Numbered from the stretch's first letter, positions 16,683 to 23,866 are shown. The stretch: DNA of 32,000 nucleotides from Paenibacillus sp. (GCA_031181325.1 JAPSKX010000033.1:231-32230); one strand, 5' to 3'. The notes: generated by a model from the sequence alone, not told the origin. Made by a program: numbers and translations.

Positions 16683-18417
16683 GATCGGGCTGCGCGCGGG
16701 ATTGGCGTCGATGTTCTATTCCGCTCCATGGGGCTACAATCCGCTCGATGCGGCGGCGACGGACACCGCAGTATCGCATATGGCGGTTTCGTGCTGCCGC
16801 CGGGACAGCGCCGCGCTGCAGCTTCTCGTCTGCGCCGAGGACGATCTGCTGCTCGACGTCTCGGGGAACCCGCTGTTATGGAAGGGGGGAGACCGGACCG
16901 TCGTTCGGGCGGCGGTCGAGCTGGAAGGCGCGGCGGAGGCCGGGATTCGGATCGAAACGAAGCTGGTCGGTCTCGTCGAGGATTACGACCGGATTCGCCG
17001 GCCGGATCCGCTGCTCGACGCCGCGTCGATCGAGGTGGAGAAGGGCAGGATTCAGCAGGTGTGGATCGAATGTCATGTAGGCAAGCATACGCCTCCCGGC
17101 GACTATCGCGGCGTCGTTCGCGCGTTCGCGCGGCGCATGTTCGGCGACGAGACGGTTGCCGCTTATTGTACGTTCTCGCTGCGCGTCCACCCGGAGACGC
17201 TGCCGGAGAGCCGCGAGTACAGCTTCTACTTGGATCTATGGCAGCATAACGCCAACATCGCCCGCAAGCACGACGTTCCGCTCTGGTCGGACGACCACCT
17301 CGCGATTATCGATCGGTACATGGAGTCCTTGGTCGCCCTCGGGCAGAAGGCCGTATCGGTCATCGTGTCGGATGCGCCATGGTGCGGACAGCGATCCTAC
17401 CGGGACGGCGAACCGTCCGATCTGTTCGAGTACGGCATCGTCGCGGTGACGAAGGGGCGGGACGGCCGCTTCGAGTACGACTTCTCTGTATTGGAACGAT
17501 ATCTTTCGATGGCGGAGCGGCGGGGCATGGCCGAGGAGATCGAGCTGTTCGGCTTGCTCGGACTGTGGGAATCGCCCGATGCGCCGGCGCTGTACCGCTC
17601 GCTCGTCGAGGGCTATCCCGACGCGATGCGCGTGCGTTATTACGACCGGGCGACCGGCGTCTATCGCTATATCCGCGGGAGGGCGGAGCTGGAAGCGTAC
17701 ATCTCGGCGCTGTACGGCTTCTTCGTCTCGACCGGACGCGCGGCACGAGTCCGCGTGCTGGCGGACGAACCGAGCGACGCGGCGCGGTTGGAGCGGCAGC
17801 TGGCGACGCTTCGCCGATTGGCGCCGAGCTTCCGCTACAAGATCGCGTTGGATCATGCCGAGTTCATCGGCCGGCAGCTGCCGGACGTGACGGATTATGC
17901 GCCGATTCTCGGCTGCGTCGCCCGGCAATACGAGGAGTTGCAAGCATTGAAGCGCAGTATTCCGGGGCGGCTTCTGTTCTACGTGTGCAGCGGTCCGAAG
18001 CGGCCGAATACGTTCTTGTCGTCGCCGCCGATCGAATGTCGGCTGCTGCCGTGGCTTGTCGAAGTATTCGGGTACGACGGCTTCCTCCGATGGTCGTACA
18101 CCGCTTGGCCCGACCGGCCGCTCGAGCGGCCGTACTACCGGCCGACTCGCTGGGAGACGGGGGACCTGTTCCTCGTCTACCCCGGCCGGAACGGCGCGCC
18201 GATATCGAGCTTGCGGTACAAGCGGCTGCAGCGGGGCATTCGCGATTACGAGCTGATGCAGCTGCTGAAGCGGACCGGGCGCGCGGAACTCGTCGCCGAA
18301 GCGCTGCGGCGGGTCATCCGGTACGATCATCCCGTCGAGCTATTGTCGGCGAGCGGCAAGAAGGCGGAGGAGCTGTATAGCTTGAATCCGGAAGACTACG
18401 AGTTGATAAGGAGTTGA
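16672..18417 (+). CDS. DUF4091-like glycoside-hydrolase-related protein (function unknown)
   Basis: 581 aa, overlapping the previous stop by 11 nt. The C-terminal part (GFLRWSYTAWPDRP...GDLFLVYPGRNGAPISSLRYKRLQRGIRDYELMQLL) matches my memory of DUF4091/GH123-like proteins. This is unverified. Confidence 0.65.
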   Translation: MGGEIGLRAGLASMFYSAPWGYNPLDAAATDTAVSHMAVSCCRRDSAALQLLVCAEDDLLLDVSGNPLLWKGGDRTVVRAAVELEGAAEAGIRIETKLVGLVEDYDRIRRPDPLLDAASIEVEKGRIQQVWIECHVGKHTPPGDYRGVVRAFARRMFGDETVAAYCTFSLRVHPETLPESREYSFYLDLWQHNANIARKHDVPLWSDDHLAIIDRYMESLVALGQKAVSVIVSDAPWCGQRSYRDGEPSDLFEYGIVAVTKGRDGRFEYDFSVLERYLSMAERRGMAEEIELFGLLGLWESPDAPALYRSLVEGYPDAMRVRYYDRATGVYRYIRGRAELEAYISALYGFFVSTGRAARVRVLADEPSDAARLERQLATLRRLAPSFRYKIALDHAEFIGRQLPDVTDYAPILGCVARQYEELQALKRSIPGRLLFYVCSGPKRPNTFLSSPPIECRLLPWLVEVFGYDGFLRWSYTAWPDRPLERPYYRPTRWETGDLFLVYPGRNGAPISSLRYKRLQRGIRDYELMQLLKRTGRAELVAEALRRVIRYDHPVELLSASGKKAEELYSLNPEDYELIRS

Positions 18418-18423
18418 TCGCGG

Positions 18424-18597
18424 ATGCCGTTCGCGAATATCGGGATCGGCGGGCTGATTCTCGTGCTGGTGTTGGCCTTGCTCATATTCGGTCCTAAGAA
18501 GCTCCCCGAGCTCGGCCGCGCCTTCGGCCGAACGCTGAGCGAATTCAAGGGAGCGACCCGGGACATGCTCTCCGAGCCCGAAGACGAGAAACGTTAG
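18424..18597 (+). CDS. tatA: Twin-arginine translocase subunit TatA/E
   Basis: This ORF is not in the track (57 aa). It encodes [48 protein letters not shown]..., the canonical TatA TM helix, FGPKKLP hinge and amphipathic helix. Confidence 0.85.
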   Translation: MPFANIGIGGLILVLVLALLIFGPKKLPELGRAFGRTLSEFKGATRDMLSEPEDEKR

Positions 18598-18743
18598 AGT
18601 TCCTGATTAGGCAGTAACGGATGGACGCGGAAAATCCCTAATTTGCCTGCGGCCGGCGCCGCGAATTGTGCTGGACATCCGGCGGAAACGATGTTACCTT
18701 AAGTGTGTATCAAAACCGGATTCGTTATGACATGATGCATTCG

Positions 18744-18816
18744 AACGCGCGTAACTGGCGAAGCGTGGGGAGACCACGAGGGAGCGCGCGGGGATATAGC
18801 CGTACGCCTGGGCGAA
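18744..18816 (+). promoter_or_regulatory. ZTP (ZMP/AICAR-sensing, pfl motif) riboswitch aptamer
   Basis: P1 is CGCGCG (18746-51) paired with CGCGCG (18785-90). The conserved ACTGGCGAA is at 18754-62. The P2 hairpin is CGTGG-GGAGA-CCACG, followed by GGGAGCG. After a linker comes CCGTACGCCTGGGCG, matching the conserved CCGCCUGGGC pseudoknot module. Confidence 0.8.
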
Positions 18817-18860
18817 GTGTTTGACGGAAGGGGATTCCCTTGTCAGACACTTTTTTTTTC
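18817..18860 (+). terminator. Intrinsic terminator (riboswitch expression platform)
   Basis: A 14-bp stem forms between 18817-18832 and 18837-18850 (GTGTTTGAC..AAGGG / CCCTTGTCAGACAC) with a 4-nt loop, followed by nine T. Confidence 0.8.
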
Positions 18861-18883
18861 ATGCACAGAGAGGGGATATGACC

Positions 18884-19534
18884 ATGTTCGCATGGGAGCT
18901 GTTGACGTTCATCGGCACGGTGGCGTTCGCGATGAGCGGCTCGATGTCGGCGATGGAAGAGGAATACGATATCTTGGGCGTGTACGCGCTCGGGCTGGTG
19001 ACGGCGTTCGGCGGCGGCATACTGCGCAATCTCGTCATCGACGCGCCGACGCGCTCCTTGTGGGAGCAGGGCGATCTGCTCGTCACCGCGCTCGTCGCGA
19101 GCTCGGCCGTCTACTTCGCGCCGCGTCTCTGGGCGAACCACGTCCAGAAGTGGGTGTTCTTCGACGCCGTCGGACTCGCCGCCTTCGCCATTCAAGGCGC
19201 GCTGCTCGCCGTCCGGAACGGACTGCCGCTGCCGGCGGTCATCATCGCCGCGCTGCTCACCGGCTGCGGCGGCGGCGTCATCCGCGACATCCTCGCGCGC
19301 CGCAAGCCTCTCGTCTTCCGGGAAGAGGTGTACGGCGCGTGGGCGATGCTCGGCGGCCTCGTCGTGGCGTTGGGCTTCGGCGGAGACGGCTGGCATTCGT
19401 ACGTCTTGTTCGCGGGTCTGCTCGCGCTTCGCATGTGGTCGGTCAAGAAGGGCTGGCAGCTGCCGAAGCGGTCGTTCCGCAGCGGGGCGATCTCCTCGCT
19501 TGCGGAGCGGGAGGCGCAGCAGGTTGCGAACTAG
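18884..19534 (+). CDS. UPF0126 / TRIC-family membrane protein (Pfam Gly_transporter-type repeat protein)
   Basis: MFAWELLTFIGTVAFAMSGSM...GVYALGLVTAFGGGILRNLVID, with an internal repeat ...FFDAVGLAAFAIQGAL...ALLTGCGGGVIRDIL. The start at 18884 lies 8 nt after GAGAGGGG, and the ATG at 18878 is also possible. The track start at 18821 lies inside the terminator. Confidence 0.85.
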   Translation: MFAWELLTFIGTVAFAMSGSMSAMEEEYDILGVYALGLVTAFGGGILRNLVIDAPTRSLWEQGDLLVTALVASSAVYFAPRLWANHVQKWVFFDAVGLAAFAIQGALLAVRNGLPLPAVIIAALLTGCGGGVIRDILARRKPLVFREEVYGAWAMLGGLVVALGFGGDGWHSYVLFAGLLALRMWSVKKGWQLPKRSFRSGAISSLAEREAQQVAN

Positions 19535-19564
19535 TGTTCTGATGGAGCCGCAAAAAAAATAGCC

Positions 19565-19978
19565 CTACAAATACTCGCTCATCTCCGCCGGGATGCCCAA
19601 GCGGACGAGATATTGCTCCGCCGTCTCCCCTTCCCCCGGAGACGTCCCGTGCGACAACAGCTTCAGGGCGAATCGGTTCGCCTGACGTTCGAGCTTGCCG
19701 GGGCGGAACAACGTCTGCCCTTCGATGAAGTAATAGCCGATCCCCTTGTGCAGGCGATCGTGGCCGAGCTCGTGCGCGCAGACGAATCGCTGCCACTCCT
19801 CGGACAAGTTCGAGCCGATCACGATGAATCGTCTGCGCAGTTTCCGGAAATACAGGCCTCTCGTCTCTTCGCCGAGATCGCGGTAACGGACATGGATGCC
19901 GAGCGCCTCCGCGATGCGGAACGGGCAGTTGGTCTTGTAGCGTCTCGTCAGCAAGCGAATCGTATCGTCCATTGGCAT
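19565..19978 (-). CDS. ImmA/IrrE family metallopeptidase (anti-repressor protease)
   Basis: The HEXXH motif is CAHELGHDRLH, in the typical ImmA context (PFRIAEALGIHVRY...FIVIGSNLSEEWQRFV). The start is uncertain: ATG 19978 or 19972 follow AGGGG, and the track's TTG at 20050 would overlap the XRE stop. Confidence 0.8.
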   Translation of the reverse strand: MPMDDTIRLLTRRYKTNCPFRIAEALGIHVRYRDLGEETRGLYFRKLRRRFIVIGSNLSEEWQRFVCAHELGHDRLHKGIGYYFIEGQTLFRPGKLERQANRFALKLLSHGTSPGEGETAEQYLVRLGIPAEMSEYL

Positions 19979-20046
19979 GTCCCCTATAACGTTGCGCCGC
20001 TCTCGATGCAAGCGGCTCTTCCTCCGCCGGAAGCGGCGCCCGGGCG

Positions 20047-20460
20047 TCAACGCTCGGGCGGCTTTTTGCGTTTATTCATCATTTTCGCCTCCCAGAACAA
20101 TCCTGTCAATACGTCCTGCACCCGCTGCTTGTCTTCTTCCGTCAGCGGGACCCCGTCGAACATAATCTCCTCTTCCTCCAGCATCTTCCTCAGATCGCGC
20201 TTGTCCCGGGAAGAAGCCCATTCCGGCGTCTCCTGCGCGCGGATCGGCGAAGGATCCTCCGTGCGCCCGAGCAAATAATCCGACGTCGTATGCAGGAGAT
20301 CCGCGATCTTCGCCAGCGTATCGGCCGGCGGCGTCGCGACGTCCCGTTCGTAATTGGAGAAATTCGCCCGATTCATCCCGAGCCGTTCGGCCATGCCGTC
20401 TTGCGTAAACCCGTGCTTCGCGCGCAGCGCCTTGATTCGTTGCCCCGTCGTCGTTCCCAT
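20047..20460 (-). CDS. XRE-family HTH repressor (ImmR/Xre-like)
   Basis: The N-terminal HTH_3 reads GQRIKALRAKHGFTQDGMAERLGMNRANFSNYERDVATPPADTLAKIADLLHTTSDYLLG. The RBS is GGAGG. It forms an operon with the ImmA-like gene. Confidence 0.9.
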   Translation of the reverse strand: MGTTTGQRIKALRAKHGFTQDGMAERLGMNRANFSNYERDVATPPADTLAKIADLLHTTSDYLLGRTEDPSPIRAQETPEWASSRDKRDLRKMLEEEEIMFDGVPLTEEDKQRVQDVLTGLFWEAKMMNKRKKPPER

Positions 20461-20493
20461 AGCCGCCTCCAGACCGTAAACTACATTTGCACG

Positions 20494-20523
20494 TTGCGTA
20501 AATATGATTTACTGTGCTATAGT
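20494..20523 (+). promoter_or_regulatory. Rightward sigma-A type promoter (towards the sigma-like gene)
   Basis: TTGCGT (20494-99), an 18-nt spacer and an extended -10 TGcTATAGT (20515-23). Confidence 0.55.
20498..20512. promoter_or_regulatory. Operator O1, perfect 6-3-6 inverted repeat GTAAAT-ATG-ATTTAC
   Basis: Read directly. It overlaps the -35 and spacer of the rightward promoter. A degenerate copy GTAAAC-TAC-ATTTGC lies at 20476-20490. Confidence 0.6.
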
Positions 20524-20536
20524 GTCTCTACGAGAA

Positions 20537-20551
20537 GTAAATTTAATTTAC
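20537..20551. promoter_or_regulatory. Operator O2, perfect 6-3-6 inverted repeat GTAAAT-TTA-ATTTAC
   Basis: Read directly. It lies between the two -10 boxes, over both predicted transcription starts. A degenerate copy GTTATT-TTC-ATTTAC lies at 20566-20580. Confidence 0.6.
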
Positions 20552-20555
20552 ACAG

Positions 20556-20584
20556 ATTATACATTGTTATTTTCATTTACGCAA
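20556..20584 (-). promoter_or_regulatory. Leftward sigma-A type promoter (towards the XRE/ImmA operon)
   Basis: On the reverse strand: TTGCGT (20584-79), a 17-nt spacer and TATAAT (20561-56). Confidence 0.6.
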
Positions 20585-20603
20585 CGGGAGGCGGGGTTAT
20601 TTT

Positions 20604-21227
20604 ATGAAATACGAACATGTCGTCGTCGAACAGCTGCGCGGATACGGTCGAATGCTGGCGAGGTTGAAGGTGCTTCAGGCGACCCCGGTCGGGAACGGGA
20701 TGCGGCTCAGTCACGTCAGCGGAGACGATAAGCTGCAGGAGCTGCACCGGAAGCTGAGGGGCATGCCTTCGAAGCTGTATTTAACGAAGCGGGAGCAGGA
20801 AGTAGAGGCGGCCGCGCGCACGTATTTGAAGTCGTACCCGCTCGGCACGAAGGCGCAGCTGCGCGAGGCGAAGCTGCTCATCGGGGAGACGGCGTACGAC
20901 CATGCGCTGCTGCGGGAGCTGACGACCGGCATCCAAGCGGTGCTCGAGGCGCGCGTCGGCACGGCGGAGGGCATCGACGGGGTGCTGGAGCGATTGGCCG
21001 AAATTCAAGATATCGAGCAAGAGAAGGCGCGCATCGACGAAGCGCTTGCCGCGCTGGAAGAGTACAAGGCTACATACAGCCGGCTCCTGCGCCTCCGTTA
21101 TATCGAAGGGAGAGCGGTGGAGGACGTAGCGGACGAGCTGTGCGTCTCGCGGCGCACGTTCGAGCGGTGGCGGCCGCAGGCGGTGCGGGAATACGCGAAC
21201 CTCGTGGGGTTCGGTTACTTAAGTTGA
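20604..21227 (+). CDS. Sigma-70 region-4-containing late-gene activator (Xpf / phage sigma-like)
   Basis: 207 aa with a GGGAGG RBS. The C-terminus YSRLLRLRYIEGRAVEDVADELCVSRRTFERWRPQAVREYANLVG looks like sigma-70 region 4 / DUF1492-type phage regulators. Its position is equivalent to xpf in PBSX. Confidence 0.65.
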   Translation: MKYEHVVVEQLRGYGRMLARLKVLQATPVGNGMRLSHVSGDDKLQELHRKLRGMPSKLYLTKREQEVEAAARTYLKSYPLGTKAQLREAKLLIGETAYDHALLRELTTGIQAVLEARVGTAEGIDGVLERLAEIQDIEQEKARIDEALAALEEYKATYSRLLRLRYIEGRAVEDVADELCVSRRTFERWRPQAVREYANLVGFGYLS

Positions 21228-21232
21228 AGCGG

Positions 21233-21266
21233 GGCGGAGATCCGTTGGGATCTTCGCCTCGTTTTC
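21233..21266 (+). terminator. Intrinsic terminator after the sigma-like gene
   Basis: GGCGGAGATCC / GGATCTTCGCC forms an 11-bp stem (one G-U pair) with loop GTTG, followed by TCGTTTTC. Confidence 0.7.
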
Positions 21267-21309
21267 TATATTGTGGAATTAATGGCGGATGAATGGCGGT
21301 TCGTTGGCG

Positions 21310-21338
21310 TTCCGAGCCCGGTTTTTCCGTGTTACTAT
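21310..21338 (+). promoter_or_regulatory. Candidate promoter of the tail-operon leader
   Basis: Weak -35 TTCCGA (21310-15), a 17-nt spacer and an extended -10 TGtTACTAT (21330-38). It is preceded by a direct repeat AATGGCGG at 21281-88 and 21292-99. This call is speculative. Confidence 0.3.
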
Positions 21339-21367
21339 GATATCGTCAAGACAATAGGCAAGAGCGC

Positions 21368-21404
21368 AAGACGACGGCCGGAAGCGGCGGGTCGTCTTTT
21401 TTTT
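21368..21404 (+). terminator. Strong intrinsic terminator inside the leader, 69 nt upstream of the first tail gene
   Basis: AAGACGAC (21368-75) pairs with GTCGTCTT (21391-98), and 3 further inner GC pairs form. Eight T residues follow. Confidence 0.75.
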
Positions 21405-21472
21405 GCGTGGCTTGACGGAGAGGAGGCGAGGGCGATGCTCGGACACAGTTTGGAAAAGGGGAGGCGGCGACG

Positions 21473-21904
21473 ATGACCGTCGCATGGAACGACCTTCGCG
21501 GTGCGGTGATCGCGCGGCTCGCGGCGAGGCACCCGGACGTCGTCGTCTCGGGCGAGACGGACGAGCCGGCGCCCGCCGAGGCGCGCTGCTTCGTGCGGCT
21601 CGCTTCCGCGGCGCAGGCGCGGCTGACGGGGAACCGGTACCGGCGCACGGCCGCGTTCGAGGTGCGTTACGCGGCGCCGGGGGCGACGCCCGAGGCGCTG
21701 CACGGCATGGCCGAAGCGTTGTACGACGATCTGGAGCGCGTCGAGCTGCCGGGCGACGGTCGGTCGCTGCGCGGCGACGGCCTCGGGCACGAGATCGTCG
21801 AGGGGGCGCTTCGCTTCACGGCGAGCTACGCGTTCGACGTCGTTCGCTCGCGGATCGAGGCGCCGAAGATGGGACGGCTGGAACAGGAGGGGTATCTGGT
21901 ATGA
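21473..21904 (+). CDS. Tail-completion / tail-terminator-like protein (XkdJ position)
   Basis: 143 aa with a GGGGAGG RBS. It lies directly upstream of the small ORF and the sheath gene, as xkdJ does in PBSX. The assignment rests on position and size only. Confidence 0.55.
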   Translation: MTVAWNDLRGAVIARLAARHPDVVVSGETDEPAPAEARCFVRLASAAQARLTGNRYRRTAAFEVRYAAPGATPEALHGMAEALYDDLERVELPGDGRSLRGDGLGHEIVEGALRFTASYAFDVVRSRIEAPKMGRLEQEGYLV

Positions 21905-22080
21905 ACGAGCGGGAGAACGCGGGTGCGCCGGTCTTCGCGAAGGCGCAGCTGCTCGCATCGACACGGTATTCGGGCGTCGAGAAGGACGTCCTGCGCGCGC
22001 TGCTGCCCGACGGGGCGTCGGCGACGCACGAACAGGCGGCGCGGCTGCTGCGCCAATTTCAAAACATGGAGGTTCGATAG
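21901..22080 (+). CDS. Small hypothetical protein (59 aa; XkzB position)
   Basis: MNERENAGAPVFAKAQLLASTRYSGVEKDVLRALLPDGASATHEQAARLLRQFQNMEVR. Its start overlaps the previous stop as ATGA, and it ends 2 nt before the sheath start. It sits within a longer spurious track ORF (21403-22080). Confidence 0.5.
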   Translation: MNERENAGAPVFAKAQLLASTRYSGVEKDVLRALLPDGASATHEQAARLLRQFQNMEVR

Positions 22081-22082
22081 AT

Positions 22083-23399
22083 ATGGCAGGAGGCACATGG
22101 ACGACGCAAAACAAGGTGAGACCGGGGGTCTACGTGAACTTCGACAGCGCGCCGACGACGCTCGGCGCGCTCGGGGAGCGCGGGGTCGCTTCCGTCGCGC
22201 TGCCGCTGAGCTGGGGGGCGCCGCAGACGGTGCTCGCGATTCAGGCGGGCGAGGACGTGAAGGAGCGCCTCGGGTACGATTTGAGCGCGCCGCAGCTGCG
22301 GCTCGTGCGCGAGGCGCTGAAGCGGGCTCGCACGTTGCTGTTGTATCGGCTGAACGCGGGGACGAAAGCCGCGGTCACGCAGGGCGGCCTGACGGCGACC
22401 GCGAAGTACGGCGGCGTCCGGGGGGACGACCTGACGATCGTCGTCCGGACGAACGTCGACGAGGAGACGTTGTTCGACGTCGTGACGTACTTGGACGACG
22501 AGGTCGTCGATACGCAGACGGTCGCCTTGCTTGAGGAGCTCGTCGCTAACGCGTGGGTCGACTTCGGCGGCACCGGCGCGCCGACGACGACGGCCGGCGC
22601 GCGGCTCGTCGGCGGGGCGGACGGCACGGTCGCGAACGGCGACCACACCGCGTACCTCGCGGCGATCGAGCTGCAGGACTTCCAGGCGCTGGCGCTCGTG
22701 TCCGACGACGCGACGCTCAAGGGAATTTACGCGAGCTTCGCGCGACGGCTGCGCGAGGACGAAGGGCGCAAAATCCAAGTCGTCGTTGCGGGATACCCGT
22801 TGGCGGATTACGAAGGCGTCATCAGCGTCAAGAACGGCGTGAAGCTGGCGGGCGGCGCGACGATCCCGGCGAGGGAGGCGACCGTCTGGGTGGCTGCGGC
22901 GACGGCGGCGGCCGGCGCGAACGAGTCGCTTACGTACCGCGCGTACGACGGCGCCGTCGACGTCGACGAGCGGTACCCGAACACGCAGATCGAAGCGGCG
23001 CTGAACGCCGGCGAGTTCGTGTTCGTCCCGAGCCAAGGGCGCGCCGTCGTGGAGCAGGACATTAACTCCTTCACGAGCTTTGGGCCGGGGAAGGGGAAGC
23101 ATTTTCGGAAAAATCGAGCGCTTCGGGTGTTGGACGGGCTCGCGAACGACTGGAAACGCATCTTCGAGACGTATTACATCGGCAAGGCGAACAACGACGC
23201 GGACGGGCGGAACTTGTTCCGGAAGGAATGCGCCAAGGTCGTCGAGTCGTATCAGGGGCTGGGCGCGGTGCAAAACTTCGATGCGCAGACGGATCTGCTC
23301 GTGCTGCCGGGCGCGGAGTCTGACGCGGTCGTCGTGGAGGCGCATATTCAACCGGTCGACGCGATCGAGAAAATTTACATGAAAGTGAAGGTGGGCTAA
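22083..23399 (+). CDS. Contractile phage tail sheath protein (XkdK-like)
   Basis: 438 aa. The N-terminus MAGGTWTTQNKVRPGVYVNF is the hallmark start of PBSX/SPP-type sheath proteins. The size fits. Confidence 0.9.
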   Translation: MAGGTWTTQNKVRPGVYVNFDSAPTTLGALGERGVASVALPLSWGAPQTVLAIQAGEDVKERLGYDLSAPQLRLVREALKRARTLLLYRLNAGTKAAVTQGGLTATAKYGGVRGDDLTIVVRTNVDEETLFDVVTYLDDEVVDTQTVALLEELVANAWVDFGGTGAPTTTAGARLVGGADGTVANGDHTAYLAAIELQDFQALALVSDDATLKGIYASFARRLREDEGRKIQVVVAGYPLADYEGVISVKNGVKLAGGATIPAREATVWVAAATAAAGANESLTYRAYDGAVDVDERYPNTQIEAALNAGEFVFVPSQGRAVVEQDINSFTSFGPGKGKHFRKNRALRVLDGLANDWKRIFETYYIGKANNDADGRNLFRKECAKVVESYQGLGAVQNFDAQTDLLVLPGAESDAVVVEAHIQPVDAIEKIYMKVKVG

Positions 23400-23401
23400 C
23401 G

Positions 23402-23866
23402 ATGGCATACTTGCGAGCGGGCGACACGATTTCCGGCCAAGAGGGGCGCGCGTACGCCACGATCGGCGGAGAGAACCACGAGATGTTCTACGTGAAGAAC
23501 ATTCGGGCGACGGCGGAGAAGCAGAAGGCCGAGGTGAAGACGCTGGGCCGCCGCGGCGTGCAGCATAAGGCGACGGGCTGGAGCGGCACCGGCGAGATGA
23601 CGATCTACTACGTCACGTCGAAGTTCCGGGAACTGATGCTGAAGTACATCAAGGACGGCGTCGACACGTACTTCGACATTACGATCACGAACGAGGACCC
23701 GTCGTCGTCGATCGGCGCGCAGACAGTGACGCTGAAGGGCGTCAACCTGAACGAGGTCGTCATGGCGGCGCTCGACACGGAATCGGAGGCGCTCGAGGAG
23801 GACGTCGCCTTCACGTGGGAAGACATCGACATGTCGGCGACGTTCGTCGATCCGGCGCTGGGATAA
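23402..23866 (+). CDS. Phage tail tube protein (XkdM-like)
   Basis: 154 aa, starting immediately after the sheath gene. DTISGQEGRAYATIGG...EVKTLGRRGVQHKATGWSGTGEMTIYYVTS is typical of XkdM-type tube proteins. Confidence 0.85.
   Translation: MAYLRAGDTISGQEGRAYATIGGENHEMFYVKNIRATAEKQKAEVKTLGRRGVQHKATGWSGTGEMTIYYVTSKFRELMLKYIKDGVDTYFDITITNEDPSSSIGAQTVTLKGVNLNEVVMAALDTESEALEEDVAFTWEDIDMSATFVDPALG

Noticed and set aside
18744-18816. Alternative identities for the leader RNA: glycine riboswitch, yybP-ykoY (Mn2+) riboswitch or T-box.
   Set aside because: The leader lacks the glycine aptamer cores and the GGGGAGTAG / TTGACATA pattern of yybP-ykoY, and it has no specifier or T-box sequence. The ACTGGCG, GTGGGGAGACCAC and CGCCTGGGC blocks fit the ZTP/pfl consensus instead.
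18821-18883. The track start for the UPF0126 membrane protein, which adds 21 residues.
   Set aside because: The extension lies inside the riboswitch terminator hairpin and T-run, and no RBS precedes it. The ATG at 18884 (or 18878) follows GAGAGGGG.
20610-20630. Possible LexA/DinR SOS boxes (CGAAC-N4-GTTCG-like) at 20614-20627 and at 18742-18755.
   Set aside because: Both have two or more mismatches in the second half-site. One lies inside a coding region and the other inside riboswitch stem P1. DNA-damage control is more plausibly exerted through the ImmA/XRE pair.
21273-21476. A 67-aa ORF between the sigma-like gene and the first tail gene, and a 13-codon mini-ORF at 21435-21476.
   Set aside because: The 67-aa ORF spans a strong intrinsic terminator, has no RBS and has implausible composition. 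The mini-ORF has a GGAGAGGAGG upstream but is too short to support, so the region is treated as a regulatory leader.
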